Shown here: in pieces, positions 19,801-26,577 of the stretch
How positions within the stretch are numbered: position 1 is the stretch's first letter
Layout: each line of letters starts with the position of its first letter
NCBI GenBank assembly: GCA_002269645.1
Contig: NIVC01002918.1
Coordinates: forward strand, 62,001-126,000
DNA length: 64,000 nucleotides
Reading direction: 5' to 3'
Source: Macrostomum lignano
Taxonomy: Eukaryota
Translations under genes and position numbers: made by a program
The notes under the pieces: generated by a model
The model's input: the letters and a program-made list of their open reading frames with translations, nothing else
The model's database searches: none
Told to the model about the DNA's origin: nothing

Positions 19801-21836
19801 TCGGCCTTTTTCCAATTCCACCGCACCAGCTTCTTCACACGGCACTCCTGCTCTAATCTTCCGCTTGTGATCAAGATCGGCCAGTGGTCGGAGCTCAGTG
19901 CCTTGACAACCTCCCAGCTCCATCGCTGCTCGCGGCTGCCATGGCAGAAGGTGACGTCGGGTGTAGATTCTACGTCCGTGCCCCTGCCGACTCTCGTCAC
20001 TTTGCCGTCGTTGAGGCAGATCATGCCGTGCGCATCCGCCCAATCCGTCAAATCGTCACCTCTGGCATTTTCCGCAGCGCTGTTATCCCAGGCCGCGTCG
20101 TGGGCGTTGAAGTCGCCTCCGACAATCCAATCCTCTCCTGCTGGGATTCCAGCTGCTTCGATCTGCTCTTTTCCACCAGGCGGCATGTAGCAGTTAGCAA
20201 TCTTGATCTTATTGCCGCCCTTGCACACCTCCATCGCCATCACTTCTAGCCGACCATCCCTTCCTCTCCTCTCCACCTCAATCATTTTGAAGCTGATCCC
20301 ATTCTTTATCACCATAGCAATTCCCCCTCCACGGGCTTTCCAACACCCTTGCGATCTCCGCCTGTCTTGCCTCACTACAGCGTAGCCTGGAACGACCGGG
20401 TCCTCGTCCTCCGCCCTGAGCTTGGTCTCCTGCAGCATCGCCACGTCCACACGCCTTTCCGCCAGCATCATACGCAGCTCTTCTCTTTTAGCCCCCATGT
20501 GATCGCAGTTCCACTGCATGATGACCCAGCTCGCGGTGCCTTCCTCTTTGGTCTCCACCGATTCCATCTTCTTTCCGCCCGCTGCACTGTTGCCTTCTTT
20601 CCCCTTATACCAATCATCCAGGCACTCTTTGCATTTCCATCCACCAGCCCTCTTCCACTTCGCCAACAGCTCCCGACTAACCTCCCCCGTGCAGCACCAG
20701 TGCACTCTCTTCTCGCAGAGGCTGCAGCTCGCACCGACTCCTCTGCGGCAGTACCTCTTGCACTCCGCACATCTAACTGGCCTCGGTTCCACCAGCCTCC
20801 TGCCCATTTCCGGGGCTACGTCTGCGATGCCACGGCACTCAGTACAGTTCCAGTGCTCTTGCTTAACCGCTCTCCATCTGCTGACCCCCGAGCAGCTCCT
20901 GTGCGCCGTTCTACCGCACTTGCTGCAGCTCAGCCCCAGGAAGTCAGCTCTCATGGTCCTCGTACATTCCGTGCAGCTCTTCTTGCTCCTGCTCGGCTTC
21001 TCTCCTGGCTCAGCGGCCTCATCACCTTCCCTGTCCACCTGCAGCTCCTCCTCTCTTTTTGAGTCGTTTCCGCTGTTTTTATGGGTTTCTTTTTGGATTT
21101 TTCGGCTTTCGCTTTTCTTCTGGGCCTCCACACTGCTAGTCCTGTCTCCTGCCGTGGCCTCCCGTTCGCCGGTGCCGTCCCTTCTCGGGCTGAGGTGCTC
21201 CCTCAGCTTGCTCACAAGCTCTCTCTTCTCGACTGCCCGCCAAGCTTCCGCCGTGGCCTTGTCATACGCCCCGCGCTTCCCCTTCTCGTGCCTCCTGCTG
21301 TAATTCTCAACAAAGCTTTCGGCTCTGCTGCTATCGATCCACGACGTTAGCTGACACCCAAACCACTGAATCTGCACAGATTCACGGCCTCTGTCCCGCT
21401 TCCTCCGCTCCAGCACTTCGCCCGGCCACCATGGCCAACCGGTGAGCTTGGCCCAGACCACCTCTCCCTCCGGCTGTCTCACTTCGCGTTCCTCCTCGTC
21501 CACCATCGCCTCCTCTCTCATCTCCTTATGCTCCTCTTCCTTCTGCGTTCTTCCTTCCTTACTCCTGCAGCACGGCCCGATCCACTCCTCCTCTCCCTCT
21601 CCTTGTCTCGGTCCTTTTTCCCTCGCGTAGAACCTGGCCCTGCACAGCTCGCTGCATTTTAAATGTAATTTGCCTTTGCAGCACGCGCATTCTGGGCCTC
21701 TTCCGCGGATTCGGCCCCCGCATCTGGCACAGCTCCTTTTATCGCTCTCGCCCCTCGCTGCTGGTCCTGGGTTCGTCTCCACGTCTCCCGCTTTCAACAT
21801 CTCCTTGCTATCCTTGCATCCTTGATTGCTAGACAT
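16854..21836 (-). CDS. LINE polyprotein (1660 aa): 2A - PHD - PWWP - PHD - PHD - APE endonuclease - RT - RNase H - CCHC-like zinc motif
   Basis: QWNC..., LQETK, GGDFNAH, SDHWP (APE); YRPVSLTS, QAGFR, LFDFERAFD, PQGSVLSP, FADD (RT); FTDGS, AELYAL, TDSKS, WIPSH.G..GNE.AD (RNase H); CRHC...H...C. No stops. Confidence 0.95.
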   Translation of the reverse strand: MSSNQGCKDSKEMLKAGDVETNPGPAARGESDKRSCARCGGRIRGRGPECACCKGKLHLKCSELCRARFYAREKGPRQGEGEEEWIGPCCRSKEGRTQKEEEHKEMREEAMVDEEEREVRQPEGEVVWAKLTGWPWWPGEVLERRKRDRGRESVQIQWFGCQLTSWIDSSRAESFVENYSRRHEKGKRGAYDKATAEAWRAVEKRELVSKLREHLSPRRDGTGEREATAGDRTSSVEAQKKSESRKIQKETHKNSGNDSKREEELQVDREGDEAAEPGEKPSRSKKSCTECTRTMRADFLGLSCSKCGRTAHRSCSGVSRWRAVKQEHWNCTECRGIADVAPEMGRRLVEPRPVRCAECKRYCRRGVGASCSLCEKRVHWCCTGEVSRELLAKWKRAGGWKCKECLDDWYKGKEGNSAAGGKKMESVETKEEGTASWVIMQWNCDHMGAKREELRMMLAERRVDVAMLQETKLRAEDEDPVVPGYAVVRQDRRRSQGCWKARGGGIAMVIKNGISFKMIEVERRGRDGRLEVMAMEVCKGGNKIKIANCYMPPGGKEQIEAAGIPAGEDWIVGGDFNAHDAAWDNSAAENARGDDLTDWADAHGMICLNDGKVTRVGRGTDVESTPDVTFCHGSREQRWSWEVVKALSSDHWPILITSGRLEQECRVKKLVRWNWKKADWQGYKQRIEESCEKEAVDCSSTRSVEEAMRSIITRAARQTVGTKTVASRNRNLMDEEVVQMLKERDEAWEGADDEERQRRDEEVRELISKKKREEWNYLLEKNGTAAKMWTVLNRLKGRKSNEDSRVLLHEGKEYKSSTAKAGAFAREYKRVSNIKTPVGFRWARRAVTRRLAEAGPDGRDAQEISVEEVYNALEELDGSKAAGEDNIHPKLLRALPGCMIEAIQVLFNQSYDEAQVPQNWRRARIIPLLKPGKDAALVGSYRPVSLTSCLGKWMERILSKRIQYHLEDKALLSDSQAGFRAGRSTEDQLLRLTQAMEDAFQKGEKGVLALFDFERAFDKVWRHGLLWKMLELGLSRKLVKWVRSWLVNRMARVRYQDRDSAGVVMRQGLPQGSVLSPILFIIFINDLLRRIEGMPNMEVSGFADDLACWSCSKDEEVAASSIKQAVEVVQEWSTQWRLPIAAKKCTLTLFGLSSKCKEPKRINIRINGEDMEWVPHPRFLGVTYDRRLNFAKHVQEVAQACKSRIQMMRRLAGSDWGWRSGLLRQTYVALIESKIMYGATAWMPWISRACWRKLEVTQRRATRIIGGLLATTPIDGVREESGTEELEALARWRVVRKMDSLLRAKVGSIRWKLASEGPACRLRRESWRTWARRYMLEWEVDLPRLSEAEREPPWIKLRHVTFDDGGGRPDTEEECRKMGERRLREAGGEADILIFTDGSVDKEGKGGGSLVVLRYDSGEVIEKRMVAGGQLASSMQAELYALKEAIEWLEANNNWQKAVVATDSKSGIQAIKRASRNPIVCSIRKALSEMEGREMVLLWIPSHCGIVGNEVADEWANRAVREVSSEGIGVMASTMARLARRRCRRKVWRHERMRETYGGSEGPRKEPEFASRKMEVSFRRWRTGHSLELAAFRKRIGLQQEGKCRHCGMEEETIEHVVACPVLDSCWRGWRSGILSEVHTNAEEALKVWEWWKRKPPENC
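21762..21836 (-). other. 2A-like ribosomal skipping (StopGo) peptide
   Basis: MSSNQGCKDSKEMLKAG-DVETNPG/P matches D(V/I)ExNPG/P. Confidence 0.85.
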
Positions 21837-21839
21837 TAT

Positions 21840-21921
21840 GCCCTCCTTCGTCTGGCTTTCGTTGATTTCCAACTTCGGCCAGTCTACAGCACACCGCGTA
21901 GAGGTGTGAGGGCTGTGCTGC
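21840..21921 (-). ncRNA. HDV-like self-cleaving ribozyme at the LINE 5' end
   Basis: P1 GCAGCAC:GUGCUGU (G1-U wobble), P2 GCCCUC:GAGGGC, P3 ACC:GGU, L3 UCUACGC, P1.1 CU:AG, P4 CUGGC:GCCAG, J4/2 ACGAA. G1 coincides with the TSD-defined boundary. Confidence 0.85.
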
Positions 21922-22646
21922 TGCTGTTGTTGTTGTTGTTCTAGATATTTTATGACTTCCGCCTGATCTGGCAAATCGAACCATTGTTTAAAGTGCTTGT
22001 ACTTTTTGAATCTAGTCAGGTTGACACCGTTATCATACATAAGTCTCAGGACTTCTGGGGCCTTTAGTATTTCTATATCTCTAGCAAGAGCAAAAGTCAC
22101 TAGATCTCTATAGTTCTTTAGCTGTTTGTCCGAGATTCTCTCTTGGTTCTTGGTCATAAAAGTCAGTAAGGTTTCTGTGAAAGGAATGCTCTTAGTTTCC
22201 AAGCCTTTGACAACAGAAATATGTTTCTTATTTATGTCGATATAATATTCCACTGGTTCATTATAAATGTTTTTTCTCCACATACTTATTCCAAATACAT
22301 ATTTCCCATCATGTTCGACACGCTCTACTGGTCCAAAAATGTTATCTGTCACTTTTAGTTGTGATTGATGTGGTTGTGATTGTTGTGGTTGCGGCTGTAT
22401 CTGTGGTGCTTCTGGAATTTTGCCCAAAACCTTTTGCACTTGGGTTTCCTGTATGTCGTCGATAGTTTCTTTGACCTGATCAATATTTTTCTTAGCTTCT
22501 CCATACCCGGGTTTATGAAACTCTGTGGCTGCTTGGACAAACTCATTGTAGGATTGTTGCTCCTTATTTATTAGCCCGGTAACTCGTTTCTCTGCTTGTG
22601 CTAGCTTCTCCAATTCAGATATCTGCTGTGTACTTTTCCGCTTCAT
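21922..22646 (-). pseudogene. N-terminal part of the interrupted Polinton gene (ends ...IKYLEQQQQQ), fused in frame to the LINE ORF
   Basis: First ~241 codons of the 1930-aa ORF have Polinton-like AT-rich composition and an A-rich ATG context. Confidence 0.85.
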
Positions 22647-22676
22647 TTCTTATTTTATTTTATTTTTAGTTAAAAA

Positions 22677-23963
22677 ATGAACGACCCACTGACACCAGTT
22701 TTCTACAAGATTAACAAGCCTATTTTGAGTGATGATAGCACAATCAAAGCGACTCAGGTAAGAGTTCCCAGTCAGGAAAATCAGAATGAAACTAATCTTG
22801 GTCCTGGTCAAACACTGACATTTACATACAATGGATGTTCGTCTCTGGTTAGTGTGCACAGTCTTAAGAGCGGCTTCCATATGACATTTCAATTCAAGAC
22901 AAAAGGTGGTGCGGATGCGGCTCGTGCTAACGTTGACAAGCATGATGCGGATGTGGCTCTGATCAGTAACTTTTGGGCGTACATGTTCAAGGAGTTTAGT
23001 GTATCGAATGGGAGCACAGAGTTGGAGCGAATCGCCAACTTTGGAATTGTCTATGACGCTCATTGTTTGATCGAGAATCCTGATTTTATTCAGTTGGGAA
23101 GTGGTGCGGGTTATATTGCAGATGAAAAAGAAGGAGACATCAATGACAGTGGCTATAAAAAGAGGAAGAAGAGATACAACTATGCATTGCAAGGTGCTGA
23201 TGATGCTGCTAAGAACCCGCAGTATCGGTCTGTTGATGTATTTGTACCATTGAGATTCATGAGTGGATTCTGTAATACATTTAATCGACTGACTAGTAAC
23301 TTTAGCTACACCTTTAGGATGACTAGAGATGATCGCAGTAGAGTGTTGTGGACTGGGGCGGACCACACAAGGATGGAGGTGAAGCTAACCGGAATCGAGC
23401 TGTATTTGGAAGTCATTGAGCCAAAGACCGCACTAAAAGCAGACTATCTTAAGGCAATAGAGAAGGACATTGATGTTGCATACACGGCCTACATGTGTCG
23501 AGATGAGCGAAACGAAACTAGAACAAACATCTGCATTAAAGAGGGATCATGCAGCAATCCAAGGTATATTATTATTAACATAAGAAACCCAAATAGCATT
23601 ATACGCTACATGCATGGAGACGTGCGGTCCATTCAGCATGAAATCAGTGATAATCTTTACCCTGCACTGCCACAAAATGGAGATTTCAGTCAGAACAAGA
23701 TTAGCAAATTTTATAGCGAGTTGGTCGACTTGGCTGTGAAAGAGAACAACGGAATTGCTATCACTGCTCTTCAATATGGAACTCTATATCCAATGTTTGG
23801 CGCTGATGTGTCTGCCAGACAAATGCCTACTGATAACAGCCCTGTGAATATCGTGACTAACATTGAGAGGACTGCCGCAACACCCGTGGACCTGTACATT
23901 ATCTATGCATTTGAGAGGAAGGTGAAGCTTAACATGATCAACAATTCATCCAGTAAAGTTTAA
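22677..23963 (+). CDS. PY: Major capsid protein (double jelly-roll)
   Basis: 428-aa beta-rich ORF in the usual position upstream of the penton gene; N-terminal DDSTI...N.....LTF pattern. Assigned by size, context and pattern. Confidence 0.8.
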   Translation: MNDPLTPVFYKINKPILSDDSTIKATQVRVPSQENQNETNLGPGQTLTFTYNGCSSLVSVHSLKSGFHMTFQFKTKGGADAARANVDKHDADVALISNFWAYMFKEFSVSNGSTELERIANFGIVYDAHCLIENPDFIQLGSGAGYIADEKEGDINDSGYKKRKKRYNYALQGADDAAKNPQYRSVDVFVPLRFMSGFCNTFNRLTSNFSYTFRMTRDDRSRVLWTGADHTRMEVKLTGIELYLEVIEPKTALKADYLKAIEKDIDVAYTAYMCRDERNETRTNICIKEGSCSNPRYIIINIRNPNSIIRYMHGDVRSIQHEISDNLYPALPQNGDFSQNKISKFYSELVDLAVKENNGIAITALQYGTLYPMFGADVSARQMPTDNSPVNIVTNIERTAATPVDLYIIYAFERKVKLNMINNSSSKV

Positions 23964-23984
23964 ATATTTTTTTAGGACAAAAAA

Positions 23985-24848
23985 ATGGAAGCTATAGCCG
24001 AAAGACTAAATAACATTGTTTCACACTCTAAGGAGAGCATTCCTATTACAATAACCGGGCGAATTAATGACTCAAACGGGATGTTTGTTGAAAAATTAGA
24101 GCAGGCGATTCGCCTGGATCCAGGCGCTAATTACCATGTCTATCTTAACGACTTCACTGGTTGGTCAAACGTTCCCAATGTGATGGCAGCAAATAATAAG
24201 TTTTATTACAAATGGAAAGGTGCAGCAGCAGACCCTGTGGTATTCCATGTGAGCACGCAAAGTGTGGATACCTACAATAACTTTCTAGAAAATGTCTTTA
24301 CTAAGAGAGGCCATTTTGAGACACCTGATGCGAGTAAGCCAGAGAAGAAACTGTTCCCTGTCAAACTAACCTATGATCTCACTGTAATGAGAGTGGTCAT
24401 GCAAGTTCACAAAGATGCGGAGGTTGAGTTTAAAGATGACACTTGGTATAGGGAACTGGGATTCGAGAAGAAAGTTTATAAGGCAGAATCCGCGGCGCGG
24501 ACCGCCACTCAAGCATCGGGGACTGTTACAATGGTCCGGGAAAGTGTACGCGGTTTGTTCTTAGCACCCAATATAGCAGACATTGTAAAGGGTTTGAATA
24601 TTCTAATCAGAAGCAATCTCAGTCTTGATTGGGTATTTAAGGGAAAGCGAACGAATATTTTGTACAACATCTCCAACTCTGTTGCTGGAGGACAGATGGT
24701 GGTAGAGAAACCAAATCCAGTGAAAAGAGTTGTATTGAGTAATAAGGAGATTCACGAGATTGTGCTACAGTTTGAGACTGAAGATGGGATGGGTGTTGAT
24801 TTCAACGGTGAAGAGTTTGTATTGACGTTGATCATTGAGAGAATGTAA
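23985..24848 (+). CDS. PX: Minor capsid protein (penton, single jelly-roll)
   Basis: PNV..ANNKFYY, ELGF, NILIRSNL and the C-terminal EDG..VDFNGEEFVLTLII pattern of Polinton pentons. Confidence 0.82.
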   Translation: MEAIAERLNNIVSHSKESIPITITGRINDSNGMFVEKLEQAIRLDPGANYHVYLNDFTGWSNVPNVMAANNKFYYKWKGAAADPVVFHVSTQSVDTYNNFLENVFTKRGHFETPDASKPEKKLFPVKLTYDLTVMRVVMQVHKDAEVEFKDDTWYRELGFEKKVYKAESAARTATQASGTVTMVRESVRGLFLAPNIADIVKGLNILIRSNLSLDWVFKGKRTNILYNISNSVAGGQMVVEKPNPVKRVVLSNKEIHEIVLQFETEDGMGVDFNGEEFVLTLIIERM

Positions 24849-24852
24849 GAAA

Positions 24853-25089
24853 TCACAATTGCCTAATGATTTCTGCAAAGTTATAGTAGCTGTCGTAATC
24901 GTTAATGACTACTCCATACTTATGAAACCAGTGTCTTTGAAGAGCTAGATTAATATTAGGGGCATTGATATCAACATCGGGCCAATATTTTCTCATGTAC
25001 TCGCTGCATTCCTTCTTGCATTGGTACTTACTCTTGTAATTAGGCTCGTGCGCTTTGTAATAAGAACCTGGAGAGACAACTGGAAACAT
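24853..25089 (-). CDS. Small aromatic-rich ORF (78 aa) starting at the inner edge of the right TIR
   Basis: ATG preceded by TTTTTCTCTAAAA, the same start context as other element genes; converges on the penton gene with a 4-bp gap. Confidence 0.5.
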   Translation of the reverse strand: MFPVVSPGSYYKAHEPNYKSKYQCKKECSEYMRKYWPDVDINAPNINLALQRHWFHKYGVVINDYDSYYNFAEIIRQL

Positions 25090-25095
25090 TTTTAG

Positions 25096-25551
25096 AGAAA
25101 AATTAGATTTTTTTCAATGGGTAAGGACCCTGCGCTGATGATTTAAAGTTTTAGGGATCTGGTTTCGCGTTGCAAATTGAATGTGGGGAGAAGAATGCAG
25201 ATTATTTTCTGATTGTTTCGAAGATGCTATGGGTGGATGTCAGTGGATTATGTCAGTGTCAGTGAACATAACAGGTGTTAGTGGACACCTGCTCTGATTC
25301 TGTCAGGGATAATATGGATGGATTTAATGGGATTATGTTCGAAGTTTTCGGAGCAAGTGCGACCCCTCCCTTTTTTTCATGATTCTGTCGGGGACAATAT
25401 GGATGGATTTTATGGGATTATGGAGGACGTTTTGTGAGCGAGTGCGACCCCCCTTTTTTTCTGATTCTGTCAGGGATAATATGGATGGATTTAGGTGGAT
25501 TATGGAGGACGTGAAAAATTTTGTCCTAGAAGCCCCCTCATGCCTTCTACT
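25096..25551 (-). repeat. Right terminal inverted repeat
   Basis: Reverse complement of 3138-3593. Confidence 0.95.
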
Positions 25552-25557
25552 GGTGTT
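25552..25557 (+). other. Right target-site duplication GGTGTT
   Basis: Identical to 3132-3137. Confidence 0.95.
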
Positions 25558-26577
25558 TGTTAAATCATGCCAGTTATCTTTCAACTATAAATAAATGTGC
25601 GCTCCAGCCTTCCAGGCCTCTGTGACTTTTCTACCCTGCAATCGCTTCTCGCATCTGCGTTATTTGGCTCGCAGTAGTACAACATGGCTGTACAACATGG
25701 CTGTACAACATGGCTGTAACCGGGGAAGTTCCGTTTCTCTGTATCCCAACATGTTCCCAAAATACTCACGTTTACACTTAGACTAAAGCAGATAGATAGT
25801 TTAATGATAACTTAAGTGACAACAAAAAGGACCCGAAGAGACTACTGCTAACAGATGAGTAGCAAGTGTATATCGAACGAAGTTTATTAGTGTGTGAAAA
25901 TCACGCAAACTTTCCGTTCAGGCACTGCAAAGGCAGTAAAAGCACTGCAGTTCTGCAGCACTACTGAGATCGCTATGATAGCCACCCAGCCATTGCCAGC
26001 TGGATGCGCAGAAATATGCGCAGGTTTTCTAAAGAAACAGTCATAAAGATTTGCTATCAGCCAGCATCAAAGCCTTTCGCCTGAAACAAGGAGTGGAACT
26101 TCCATCTCAGCTTCCGGTGTCTGCTGCATATTGGCAAAGCATTTCATAATTTGTTATTGTTAAACTGGCAAGAATAGATTTCGAAAGCGAAAATTATCAA
26201 GAGTAATGTTTGAATTTTAGCAAAGTTATAAAATAACAAGTTACAAAATTACTAGTATCAAAAGTAGTCATCTCGGTGGGAAAAAATCGCAAGTTTTAAA
26301 TTAATTCAGGTTTGCATTAGAATATAAAACAGAAATATAATTATGATTTACTGCAATATGATTGGTTATCGTGCGATCGCCAGCTTGCAAATCAATCGAT
26401 AATTCGATGTCCTCTCTCCGACAGCTTCTCTTATTAGACCCCAAATGGTATTTGTATTTGCGGGTCAACACAAGGTTAGTAGACACAAAACTGAATAAAG
26501 TTTGTCACAATTGGGCACGGCTCAAAGCTCCGATGCGATTTTCCGAATGGAAGCTTTCAATATAAAATGCCACTGCG

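Larger units (their letters stand above)
16828..21921 (-). mobile_element. Full-length Ingi/L1Tc-like (I-group) non-LTR retrotransposon, ~5.1 kb
   Basis: Single ORF APE-RT-RNase H, 5' ribozyme, 3' (AAC)6 tail 8 nt after the stop, ~12-bp TSD ACAACAACAGCA (16816-16827 and 21922-21933), and an abrupt GC increase relative to the Polinton. Confidence 0.93.
3138..25551. mobile_element. Complete Polinton/Maverick (adintovirus-like endogenous dsDNA virus), 22,414 bp including a nested LINE
   Basis: Long TIRs starting AGTAGAAGG and ending CCTTCTACT, a 6-bp TSD GGTGTT on both sides, and the core genes INT, pPolB, protease, ATPase, MCP and mCP. Confidence 0.97.

Noticed and set aside
16920-21350. Many plus-strand ORFs antisense to the LINE, and those antisense to the vWA-papain gene (26605-28901)
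   Set aside because: Shadow ORFs of GC-rich coding sequence with no motifs.
16854-22646. 1930-aa ORF as a single native Polinton gene encoding reverse transcriptase
   Set aside because: TSD, (AAC)n tail, GC shift and the restorable viral ORF show it is a chimera created by LINE insertion.
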